Below are positions 7,939 through 15,594 of a stretch of DNA of 32,000 nucleotides, piece by piece (within the stretch, counting starts at the first letter, position 1; every line of letters begins with the position of its first letter). The DNA comes from Candidatus Nitrospira inopinata (GTDB taxonomy: Bacteria; Nitrospirota; Nitrospiria; Nitrospirales; Nitrospiraceae). Under the pieces are notes generated by a model. The model was given only the letters and a program-made list of their open reading frames with translations. It was not told the DNA's origin and did no database searches. Where the stretch lies: contig NZ_LN885086.1 of the NCBI RefSeq assembly GCF_001458695.1, positions 480,001 through 512,000 of the forward strand, written 5' to 3'. A program made the position numbers and the translations under genes.

Positions 7939-10917
7939 TTACACCTCGTCAGCCGTCACGGCGACGGCAAGCGGTATGCCCAGTGCCGCAAAGTGTTTTT
8001 GGCCACAACGGACTTTGTCGGCTTCGATCGTGCGGAGCTTCAAGAAATCCCTCGTCCCTTTGGTTTCCTTGACCAGATAGACCGTTTCGTCCTCGCGTTT
8101 CACAATCGCCCAGTCCGGGTTGTACTCCCCCACCGGGGTGTCTACCTTGAACCAAGAGGGAAGCTTCACGAAGAGTTCGATATCCTCGCGCTGGTCGAGT
8201 TTCCGAGCAAACTCGCGCTCGACCTCCGAGTCGTACACCACATACTCATAAACGGATTTCTTCACCCGAAGAGCATTGAGGTAATTGACCAGTTCCTCGC
8301 TTTTGAAGAGTACCATCTCCCACTCGGCCTCCGGACCGGTGCCAGGCAGCCGTTCGTACTTGATGCCGTCCACAAGGAGTCGATGAAGTTCATGTTTGAG
8401 AATTCCAGCCACGGCGTCCATGAACCGCTGAGGATTGTTGAAGACCTCTCCAAGTCGGCCGGAGGCTTTGAGGATGCGGACGAGCGTGGAGCGGGTCAGC
8501 TCGGTCTCGTTCTGCAGGTAGGCGAGGATGTCTGGCAGCGCGCGCACGCCGTAGACAGGCTGCTCCTCGGCGACGCTCACGGCCGTCGTGATCACCCCGC
8601 CCTTTGCCACCTGGACTTGGCCTGCGGCGACGTGGATCTTCGGCGCTTCGATCTTCTCCATGCGCTTGATGGCCTCCACCGCGCGCCTTACCAGTTCATC
8701 CGTCTCGAATTCGACTCGATAGGTGGTCTTCGGCTTGATACGATTCCAGAGCGACTCAAATTCCTGGCTGAGTACGACCTCCTTCTTGAGCCGGTTCGGA
8801 CCGTCATCCCGCTCTCGGCGGATGTGCCGCTCGATCTGATACGCAGACAAGAGATCAATGACGGTCGGCGTCAGGTCACGGTGCGCCTCGGGCAAATCCA
8901 GCGTGAAGTCCTTCCGTTTGGGGTCAAATGCGGGCTGAATGCGACCGTCAGCATCGAGCATCTTCTGTTCGACCAACGCCGCGCGGACGGCCTCCGCCGC
9001 ATCCCGTCCGATCGGTCGCTCCACGCCGTCCACGACTCGAGTCAGCTTCACGAACGCCGTGAAGGGAACCTTGCCGAAGGTCACACCGCAGTCTTCCTCA
9101 TACTCGGTCTGCAGCGCGCGGGCGAAGTCCTCGTAGCTCTCGTTGGCCATCACGTAGAGCTTGTTGACCGACTCGTCGAAGACACGCCGACCGGTCTGAT
9201 CCACCGGCAGACGAAGACCGCGGCCGATCTCCTGACGCTTCTTCACCACACTCCGGGTCTCATTGAGCGTGCAGATTTGGAAGACGTTCGGGTTGTCCCA
9301 GCCCTCTCGCAGGGCGGAGTGGCTGAAGATGAACCGGAGCGGCTCGTCCAGTGAGAGCAACCGCTCCTTGTCCTTCATAATCAGGTTGTACACTTCGTCG
9401 TCGGCCTGGGTATCGCCTCGCGTATCCTTGAGCACTCCCTTTTTGTCCTGGGCAAAATAGCCGTTGTGCAGGCGGTCAACCGGTTCCTTCAGCCATTCCA
9501 ACTCTTGGTAGCGTTCATCCTTGGCGAACTCTGACAGCGCCGCCTCGAACGCCACGGCGAACTTGCCCTTCACCGGCTTGCCTTCTTCATCATAGTGACG
9601 GTAGTTGGCCACACGGTCGATGAAGAACAACGACAAGACCTTGAGACCGCGCCCACGCACCTGAAGTTCCTTCTCTAGATGCTTCTTGACCGTGTGTTTG
9701 ATTTGTGCCCGCCAGACATCCTCGCGCAGGCCGCCGATCTGCCCGCCAAGCCGCAGCGTGCGGCCGTTCGAGAAGCGCAGGTACTCGTTGCCCGATTCGG
9801 CGTTGATCTCGGTCACCTCAAAGCCGTCACGGTAGGTCGCACGCTCATTGGAGACCGTGAAGAGATCGGCCCCCTGCTTGACCGTGACGGCCTTCTCCTT
9901 TGGTCCTTCGGGTGTCTGGACGTGGATACGGAGCTTCGCCTTGATCCCCTTCTTATAGTCGATCTGTTCGACGCGCACGAAGGCGTCATTCGCCGCGCCC
10001 TCGACTGCCGCGCTTGCGACCACGATCTGCTTGACCAGCTTCAGCTCGAAGGCGCGAACCGGATCGAGGCGGTAGACGAGATTGTAGGGATTGCGGTGCG
10101 TGGCGGAATATCGCAAGGTGCAGAGCGGGTTGAGCGCCTTGATCGCCTCCTGCGCTTTGTCGGTCGAGTCCACGCTCTGCGGCTCGTCGATGATGACGAT
10201 GGGCCGCGCTGCCTGCACGAACTCGATCGGCTGGCGGCCGGAGAGCTTGTCGCTCTCCTTGTAGATGACGTTGCTCTTCTGCTCTTCTTCCGTGCCGGTG
10301 AAGTTCTTGCGGAAGGCGTCGATATTGATGACGAGAATCTGCAGGGTGTTGCTGGTCGCGAACTGACGCAGCCGGTTGACCTTCTTCGCGTCATAGACGA
10401 AGTGCTCAAAGGGCAGATGGTTGTAGAGCGCGCGGAAGTGCTCGGCGGTGATCTCGATGCTCTTGAGCACACCCTCGCGGATGGCCACGCTCGGCACCAC
10501 GATGATGAACTTCTGAAAACCGTAGCGCCGCGACAACTCGAAGATGGTACGCAGGTAGACATAGGTCTTCCCCGTGCCGGTCTCCATCTCGACCGAGAAG
10601 TGCGGGCAGCGTCGTGACTGGTTGGCCGGGCCGTCGAACAGCTCCCATGCCTCGGGCGCGGCGGCGGGATCGGCCACTTCGATGTCGTTGCGTGTCTGGA
10701 TGGCACGCAGGTTCCGGAGCAGCTTGTCCTCCGCTAGGAGCAGGCGATTGCCCGCGCCCAGCTCCGTGCGTTCTTGCCCGGCGAAGAGGCCACCCATCGC
10801 GCCAAGGTTGATGACGGCATATTCCGGCGCCCCCCGTGGTTGGCCGTCGAAGAGGTCGGTGACGGCCGCGACCGCGTCGAGTTGGAATGGCTGGTTCGCG
10901 TCGAATTGGAGTTTCAC
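7939..10917 (-). CDS. res: Type III restriction enzyme Res subunit (SF2 helicase plus C-terminal PD-(D/E)xK nuclease)
   Basis: The N-terminus V/MKLQFDANQPFQLDAVAAVTDLFDGQP is typical of Res. Walker A is EMETGTGKTYVY and motif II is VIIDEPQS. The C-terminal nuclease signature is EYNPDWAIV...VYLVKETKG. I place the start at GTG 10917, which overlaps the DUF2442 stop as GTGA. The 1080-aa track ORF extends too far upstream. Confidence 0.9.
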   Translation of the reverse strand: MKLQFDANQPFQLDAVAAVTDLFDGQPRGAPEYAVINLGAMGGLFAGQERTELGAGNRLLLAEDKLLRNLRAIQTRNDIEVADPAAAPEAWELFDGPANQSRRCPHFSVEMETGTGKTYVYLRTIFELSRRYGFQKFIIVVPSVAIREGVLKSIEITAEHFRALYNHLPFEHFVYDAKKVNRLRQFATSNTLQILVINIDAFRKNFTGTEEEQKSNVIYKESDKLSGRQPIEFVQAARPIVIIDEPQSVDSTDKAQEAIKALNPLCTLRYSATHRNPYNLVYRLDPVRAFELKLVKQIVVASAAVEGAANDAFVRVEQIDYKKGIKAKLRIHVQTPEGPKEKAVTVKQGADLFTVSNERATYRDGFEVTEINAESGNEYLRFSNGRTLRLGGQIGGLREDVWRAQIKHTVKKHLEKELQVRGRGLKVLSLFFIDRVANYRHYDEEGKPVKGKFAVAFEAALSEFAKDERYQELEWLKEPVDRLHNGYFAQDKKGVLKDTRGDTQADDEVYNLIMKDKERLLSLDEPLRFIFSHSALREGWDNPNVFQICTLNETRSVVKKRQEIGRGLRLPVDQTGRRVFDESVNKLYVMANESYEDFARALQTEYEEDCGVTFGKVPFTAFVKLTRVVDGVERPIGRDAAEAVRAALVEQKMLDADGRIQPAFDPKRKDFTLDLPEAHRDLTPTVIDLLSAYQIERHIRRERDDGPNRLKKEVVLSQEFESLWNRIKPKTTYRVEFETDELVRRAVEAIKRMEKIEAPKIHVAAGQVQVAKGGVITTAVSVAEEQPVYGVRALPDILAYLQNETELTRSTLVRILKASGRLGEVFNNPQRFMDAVAGILKHELHRLLVDGIKYERLPGTGPEAEWEMVLFKSEELVNYLNALRVKKSVYEYVVYDSEVEREFARKLDQREDIELFVKLPSWFKVDTPVGEYNPDWAIVKREDETVYLVKETKGTRDFLKLRTIEADKVRCGQKHFAALGIPLAVAVTADEV

Positions 10918-11252
10918 GGTTCGACCGTCCAGTGTCCCTGCATTCGAATGTTGTCGTACATCGCATCCGGCGCGAGGTCGGCGCCATTGGGCCAGGTGAC
11001 CGTCCCAAGCTCGATGCGGGCCTGCGCAAAGAAGGCCGGGTCCCGAAGCGCCTCGAAGACAGTCCCCGTGACACGCGACGCGCTCAGAAACGGTTCGAGT
11101 CGTACTTCGCCGGCAGTCCCGTCGGTAAACTCGACGTCCAACCGCATGCCTGGTTTGACCGTGACGCGCACAATGCGCCAAGGCGCTGCCGACCCCGGGG
11201 GTGGAACTACTCCAGAGGTGGAATCGGTTTTGGTGGGTTGAGTTGGCGACAT
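10914..11252 (-). CDS. DUF2442 family small protein
   Basis: ...RIVRVTVKPGMRLDVEFTDGTAGEVRLEPFL...GTVFEALRDPAFFAQARIELGTVTWPNGADLAPDAMY matches the DUF2442 pattern (F.DG....vdl....G.vFe.LrDp..F..v.....g.i.WPNGaD..Pd.LY). The start is uncertain (ATG 11252 or an internal GTG). The stop overlaps the res start. Confidence 0.8.
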   Translation of the reverse strand: MSPTQPTKTDSTSGVVPPPGSAAPWRIVRVTVKPGMRLDVEFTDGTAGEVRLEPFLSASRVTGTVFEALRDPAFFAQARIELGTVTWPNGADLAPDAMYDNIRMQGHWTVEP

Positions 11253-11466
11253 AGCTCCCAGTCCTCCATCAATGCTTCCCGGTGTTCAGCAGCCCATTCT
11301 AGCACCAGCGCGAGCGCCCGGCGGGGAAGCGCGCCTCGGGTCACCCGCAGCTCACGGATGTCAATAATCGCCTCGTGCTCCGCATAGACGGCGTGAAAGT
11401 GTGGCGGCCGTGCTCGGCTCAGAACATCTGGATCACAATCCCGAAAAACGTGCTGATCGTGGGCAT
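11207..11466 (-). pseudogene. DUF4160 family gene disrupted by an in-frame TGA and a 1-nt frameshift
   Basis: The minus strand reads ATG..MPTISTFFGIVIQMF-TGA-AEHGR, and in another frame (R)PPHFHAVYAEHEAIIDIRELRVTRGALPRRALALVLEWAAEHREALMEDWELCRQLNPPKPIPPLE-TAG. The span is 260 nt, not a multiple of 3. Adding one C in GGCCGCC would restore EHGPPHFHA, the family hallmark. Confidence 0.65.
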
Positions 11467-11470
11467 CAGG

Positions 11471-11520
11471 TCACACCGTCTTAAAACTCGTCACGCCTTT
11501 GGTTTTGAAGATCTGCACGG
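11471..11520. repeat. Direct repeat copy A (50 bp, identical to 13452-13501)
   Basis: TCACACCGTCTTAAAACTCGTCACGCCTTTGGTTTTGAAGATCTGCACGG occurs at both positions on the same strand. Confidence 0.95.
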
Positions 11521-11569
11521 TATTGGCTTGTGAATGGCCGATGAAACTCGGTCCGAGCCCCACGAGCGG
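11471..11569 (-). pseudogene. Relic 3' end of a second mod allele
   Basis: It reads ..TPPLVGLGPSFIGHSQANTVQIFKTKGVTSFKTV*, against the intact Mod tail ..RVVCLDAGFAGNDQLKANAVQIFKTKGVTSFKTV*. The last 50 nt are identical and the upstream part is diverged. There is no start codon or N-terminal body. Its stop lies 4 nt before the DUF4160 ATG. Confidence 0.7.
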
Positions 11570-11732
11570 AGGGGTTGTGAAAGATACCCCGCTGCTCAAA
11601 TTGCTCGTAGAGCGATGGATCATGACGAAACGCCAAGAAATCGAGATACTCCGACGCGACATCGAGCCCTCCCCCAAGCAAAGGGCCACTGGACGGCTGT
11701 TGTCATACAAGCTGGATAGCCCTCTGGCTTTC

Positions 11733-12476
11733 TCATGCGAGTACAGGCAGTGCTTTCCTTGTCGCAGACAGACGTGGCATCTCACTCCATACCTTATTTT
11801 CCAATAGCCGCCCCGCCCGTTTCTTGTTCGGGCCGCCCCATTGCTTGAAAAAGAACGGCACGTCGGCGCGACGACACTGGTCCCGGATGTCCAGGACCCA
11901 GGCCGGATCCATGGGCCGGGCATGAGGGCCGGACTCGCCTCCGACAATGACCCAGTCAATGCCGGTCAGATCGAGGTCTGTCAGGGGGCCGAGCAACGGC
12001 TCCAGCGAGAGAAATTTAATTGCCGCTCCGGTCCGCCTCAGATGCTCGATCCGGTATCGGTATTCATCGCTCTCGATACTGACGCCCATCCAGATATTGG
12101 GCGTCCATTCAAGCGAGGGACTCACTTCTCCAAGTCTCTCGGCGCGCTTGGTGAGCACCTGGAAGCGATGCCAGTGCGCGCGGCCCATCACGTCGAACAC
12201 GGTCTTGATGTATTCGAGTGGGACCTGTTCGTGGAAGAGATCACTCATGGAATTCACGAAGATCGTTTGCGGCTTTTTCCACTTCAGTGGAAGCTCAAGC
12301 ATGTGAGGCTGGAGCGTCAGTTGGAACCCATTCACATAATTTGGTTGCCCCATGGCCTGTAATCGCTCAGCCATCCGCTCGGCATAGCAGTGCTTGCATC
12401 CAGGACTGATCTTCGTGCACCCTGTGACTGGATTCCATGTGGACTCGGTCCATTCGATGCCAGATCCCTGTGCCAT
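11733..12476 (-). CDS. DUF5131 / phage Gp37-Gp68 family three-Cys-motif protein
   Basis: 247 aa. [33 protein letters not shown] carries a C-x6-C-x2-C motif. Family-typical blocks are [41 protein letters not shown] and FFFKQWGG. Its ATG overlaps the tcmP stop as TGATG. Confidence 0.9.
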   Translation of the reverse strand: MAQGSGIEWTESTWNPVTGCTKISPGCKHCYAERMAERLQAMGQPNYVNGFQLTLQPHMLELPLKWKKPQTIFVNSMSDLFHEQVPLEYIKTVFDVMGRAHWHRFQVLTKRAERLGEVSPSLEWTPNIWMGVSIESDEYRYRIEHLRRTGAAIKFLSLEPLLGPLTDLDLTGIDWVIVGGESGPHARPMDPAWVLDIRDQCRRADVPFFFKQWGGPNKKRAGRLLENKVWSEMPRLSATRKALPVLA

Positions 12477-13381
12477 CAGCGCACCTCCTTGAGTAAATGC
12501 TGTGCGATCTTCAAGGCTATCTTCTTCCCGGGTTCATTACCGACGGCAAAGCAAAGAAGGTAGAGCGGATTGTTTGCCGAGTTACGCAACACGCCCGGCT
12601 CTTCTGCAACACCGGCAAAGATCCCTTTGAGTCGGTTGTTGAAATAACGTCCTATGGTTTCCATTGTAGCCTTGACCACACGCTCATTGTCGTCCCCGAA
12701 AAGTGTTGGCATAGTCTCGACCCTATAGAAATCATCGTACCAATCTCTAGTGCCAAGAAGCAGATCGAGGCGGCGACGCCACGATTTTGGAATATCACCC
12801 GACTTGGTCAGCAGACGATTAACTCCGATCCCGAGCGGGAAGAGCAACCACAGATCGATAGCCTTCGTCTTGGCTATGGCTTCGATCATCCTCCACTCGA
12901 CCTGCATGCCATAGGGGTCAAGAAACAGCACTGCGCGTTTGAATCGCCAATCTGTTGCGCATAGTTCCTGGATCTTGGCGTTCGCATCTCCTTGGCGGAT
13001 GTCGATCTTGTCGGCAAGTCCTGGAAACTCAGCCTTCAGGCTTTCAAGATCGGCACAGCGTTCAGGACTACGTTCGATAAAAATGTATCGATCGAATTGC
13101 GGCTCAATCTTGAGTGCCAGACGAGCAGAGCCATCCAGAAACGACTGCGGTTCAGGCTCTGCCATGTCGGGGAAAAGGGTGTTCTGTGGCGAGTCCTCCT
13201 CTTCTTCACGCCGAGCCTCTCGGTAGCCTGTGCCGGCAAACGCATCGATGTACAGCTTCTGAAAAGACGTCTTCTTTAACGCGGTCGTGTAGCTCTTCAA
13301 GTACTTGGCCAGCACCTCCAGCTTTCGGGTGGTCCATTCCCCGCCAAACTGATGCTCCCTGTCTCTTCGATCATCAGGCAT
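12476..13381 (-). CDS. tcmP: Three-Cys-motif partner protein TcmP (Rossmann/SAM-methyltransferase-like motifs)
   Basis: 301 aa. The N-terminus is [24 protein letters not shown] and the protein lies next to a DUF5131 gene, which defines the TcmP family context. Motifs [10 protein letters not shown] (motif I-like) and VLFLDPYG (motif IV-like) are visible. Confidence 0.85.
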   Translation of the reverse strand: MPDDRRDREHQFGGEWTTRKLEVLAKYLKSYTTALKKTSFQKLYIDAFAGTGYREARREEEEDSPQNTLFPDMAEPEPQSFLDGSARLALKIEPQFDRYIFIERSPERCADLESLKAEFPGLADKIDIRQGDANAKIQELCATDWRFKRAVLFLDPYGMQVEWRMIEAIAKTKAIDLWLLFPLGIGVNRLLTKSGDIPKSWRRRLDLLLGTRDWYDDFYRVETMPTLFGDDNERVVKATMETIGRYFNNRLKGIFAGVAEEPGVLRNSANNPLYLLCFAVGNEPGKKIALKIAQHLLKEVR

Positions 13382-13420
13382 GGCCTAAGTCGGCCTCATT
13401 CAGAACACTGACCACTTCAA

Positions 13421-13441
13421 ACTGAAAACTGAATACTGAAA
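13421..13441. repeat. Tandem heptamer ACTGAAA / ACTGAAT / ACTGAAA in the AT-rich mod-tcmP junction
   Basis: Read directly at 13421-13427, 13428-13434 and 13435-13441, inside the 70-nt spacer between the mod stop (13452) and the tcmP ATG (13381). Confidence 0.8.
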
Positions 13442-13451
13442 ACCAAATCCT

Positions 13452-13501
13452 TCACACCGTCTTAAAACTCGTCACGCCTTTGGTTTTGAAGATCTGCACG
13501 G
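13452..13501. repeat. Direct repeat copy B (50 bp, identical to 11471-11520); this is the 3' end of intact mod
   Basis: Identical 50-mer. It encodes the last 16 codons plus the stop of Mod. Confidence 0.95.
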
Positions 13502-15353
13502 CGTTGGCCTTGAGCTGGTCGTTGCCGGCAAAGCCTGCGTCCAGGCACACGACCCGCTCCGGTTTCTTGTCGGCCATGGCCCGGATCAGGTCCAACGTCA
13601 GATCCCGTTCCAGGCAGATGAAGAGAGCTCCTCCCGCTACGCTGTACACGGTTTTCCCCCTCTCCTCCTGGGAGAGGGCCGTGGTGAGGGGAAGCGTCAG
13701 CTTCTGGACCGGCGTGGTGAGCGGGAAGCCGCTTTTGAGCAGGATTTCATAGAGAAGGTCCAGCTCGGCGCGGCCCTCGCGGATGTGGTCCACGTGGAGG
13801 TCGAGTTGCCGGGCCAGGGTCTCTGCATCTTTGGGCGCTTCGGCCTCCCAGGGAGTGAAGTTGGATTCGGCGAGCTTGAAGACTTTGAATCCACGGTCCT
13901 GCGGCTTGGCGCCTTCCAAATCGAGCTTTCCAGCATCTTCATCGTTGAGACTCTTGATGACGCGCCGCACGCGCTCCTTGCAGATGTCGGCGATGGTGGG
14001 GTAGTCCTGCCGCCCTGTAGGCTCTGGAAGCTGAACCAGAATGAACTTGCGATTGCCGCCGTCCTGTTTATTCAGATCGAGGACTGCGTGGGCGGTGGTG
14101 CCGGAGCCAGCCATATAGTCCAAGATGATATCCTCGGAATTCGACCCATCGTTAACTGAAATTGAAAGAAGAAACTGAATCAGTGCGGACGGCTTCGGAA
14201 AATCAAACACATCCTTTCCGAGAAGACCATCCACTTCTTTCGAGCCTTCCTGGTTATATGGGCCGATTAGTAGCGAAAGTGGCTTGGTTTTGCGCATCTG
14301 ACCACGTTCGTCTCGGAGATATTGCTTCACCCGGACGTTTAACTTGCCGTCGGTTTCATTCACGACGATCTCGTCGTTTGCCAGTGCTGCATCGACGCGT
14401 TCCTTTGACCATAACCACTGCTTGTCAGGCCATATCTCTTGCCCTTTCCAAGTGATTGGGAATCGGAGATTTGGTCTCGGATCCTTGCTCCCGGTAGCCA
14501 AGGGTTGTGTGACATAGCCCCCTCGAACCGGGAACTTCACATCTTTGCCCTTGTACTCAGCAATTGCTTCCTCAGAAAGAGGCGCGAGAATATTTTCGAC
14601 AGGCATTTTCGAGTAACAGACAATGTACTCATGAACATTCGAGAATCCCTTGGTAAGGGCTCCCGAGTTGTACTTGTTCTTCCAGACAAGTTGCTCAACA
14701 AAATTCTCCTCGCCAAATATCTCATTTGCCAACTTCTTGAGATTATCGACCTCCGTGTCATCAATGCTGATAAAAACCAATCCGTCCTCCCGCAACAGAT
14801 TCCTCGCCAGATACAGCCGTGGGTACATCATGTTGAGCCATTTTGAGTGAAAGCGGCCGTCCGTCTCGGTATTGGTGGAAAACTTCTTGCCTTGCGCATC
14901 CACCTGCCCGGTGTATTCCAGATAGGTCTGCAAACTTTCGGTGTAGTTGTCGGGATAGATGAAGTCGTTGCCGGTGTTGTAGGGCGGGTCAATGTAAATC
15001 ATCTTGACCTTGCCCAGGTAGGACTTCTGCAACAGCTTCAGCACCTCCAGATTGTCGCCCTCGATGATGAGGTTCTCGGTCGTGTCGAAGTTCACGCTCT
15101 CTTCCAGACAGGGCCGTAGGGTGCCAAGGCTCGGCATCTGGATGGTTTTGAAACACTCGGCCTTCCCCGGCCAGGTCATGCCGTAGCGTTCCTTGCCGAC
15201 ATCCACGGATTCGCCCAGCGCGAGCTTCAACCTGTCGAAATCAATCTTCCCGCCTTCCGTGCGGATTTCCGGAAACAGGCGCAGCAATTCTTGTCGCTTG
15301 TCCTCGGCAATGTCGTGGGAGCGTAAATCGAGCTTGTCGGGCTGGTCGGTCAT
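13452..15353 (-). CDS. mod: Type III-like Mod DNA methyltransferase (beta-class N6/N4 amino-MTase)
   Basis: Motif IV is IYIDPPYNTGNDF near the N-terminus and motif I is LDYMAGSGTTAHAV near the C-terminus, with a long variable region between them. This is the Mod/beta-class order. The start is taken at ATG 15353 (MTDQPDKLDL), preceded by AAGGAAG. The track ORF begins 17 codons earlier. Confidence 0.9.
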   Translation of the reverse strand: MTDQPDKLDLRSHDIAEDKRQELLRLFPEIRTEGGKIDFDRLKLALGESVDVGKERYGMTWPGKAECFKTIQMPSLGTLRPCLEESVNFDTTENLIIEGDNLEVLKLLQKSYLGKVKMIYIDPPYNTGNDFIYPDNYTESLQTYLEYTGQVDAQGKKFSTNTETDGRFHSKWLNMMYPRLYLARNLLREDGLVFISIDDTEVDNLKKLANEIFGEENFVEQLVWKNKYNSGALTKGFSNVHEYIVCYSKMPVENILAPLSEEAIAEYKGKDVKFPVRGGYVTQPLATGSKDPRPNLRFPITWKGQEIWPDKQWLWSKERVDAALANDEIVVNETDGKLNVRVKQYLRDERGQMRKTKPLSLLIGPYNQEGSKEVDGLLGKDVFDFPKPSALIQFLLSISVNDGSNSEDIILDYMAGSGTTAHAVLDLNKQDGGNRKFILVQLPEPTGRQDYPTIADICKERVRRVIKSLNDEDAGKLDLEGAKPQDRGFKVFKLAESNFTPWEAEAPKDAETLARQLDLHVDHIREGRAELDLLYEILLKSGFPLTTPVQKLTLPLTTALSQEERGKTVYSVAGGALFICLERDLTLDLIRAMADKKPERVVCLDAGFAGNDQLKANAVQIFKTKGVTSFKTV

Positions 15354-15555
15354 GGTCTTCTTCCTTCGAGTGTTCCATTCATCATGGCCAGGGGCCAACG
15401 TCATCCAACGGGATCGTCAGGCTACAGTGTCATAACTGCATGGTCGGCCGATTGCAAGGTGAGGGGGCAGCCAATTGAAACCCAGGAGGCCGGCCCATCG
15501 ACCTCGATGAAGGGAGGAGCGAAACGCCGGATGTATCCGTTCAGAAATCGACTCG

Positions 15556-15592
15556 GGAGCGCTCGGATGGCTCCGGCTTCCGAGTGCGCTCC
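15556..15592 (-). terminator. Imperfect hairpin immediately after the SNF2 stop
   Basis: GGAGCGCTCGG (15556-15566) pairs with CCGAGTGCGCTCC (15580-15592) with a 1-nt bulge and a 13-nt loop. On the minus strand it is followed by ..GATTTCTGA, a weak U-tract. Confidence 0.3.
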
Positions 15593-15594
15593 AT

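Noticed and set aside
7921-9354. Long + strand ORF (477 aa) antisense to res. Similar antisense ORFs occur at 9679-10617, 17023-18255, 1120-2088, 3785-4987, 4980-5735, 20224-21264, 24745-25470 and 27506-28726.
   Set aside because: Each lies opposite a gene with clear family motifs. Their products are Arg/Gly/Pro/Leu-rich and low in complexity, as expected for stop-poor antisense frames in high-GC DNA.
10918-11181. N-terminal 88-codon extension of the res ORF (the track gives 1080 aa).
   Set aside because: The extension overlaps the well-supported DUF2442 gene in another frame and is Arg/His/Gly-rich. Res-family N-termini begin at MKLQFD..., which here starts at GTG 10917.
11418-11423. The TGA in DUF4160 as selenocysteine or Trp recoding, or programmed frameshifting.
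   Set aside because: A separate frameshift is also needed to reach the PPHFH block. I saw no SECIS-like element or slippery heptamer. Decay or sequencing error is the simpler explanation.
11471-11959. 162-aa minus-strand ORF spanning the DUF5131 3' end and the mod relic.
   Set aside because: Only its last 30 or so codons resemble a real protein (the Mod tail). The rest overlaps DUF5131 out of frame. I interpret it as read-through of a relic.
13452-15353. Phase-variable simple-sequence repeat in mod, as in phasevarions.
   Set aside because: No tetra- or pentanucleotide tract or long homopolymer is visible in or just upstream of the coding sequence.
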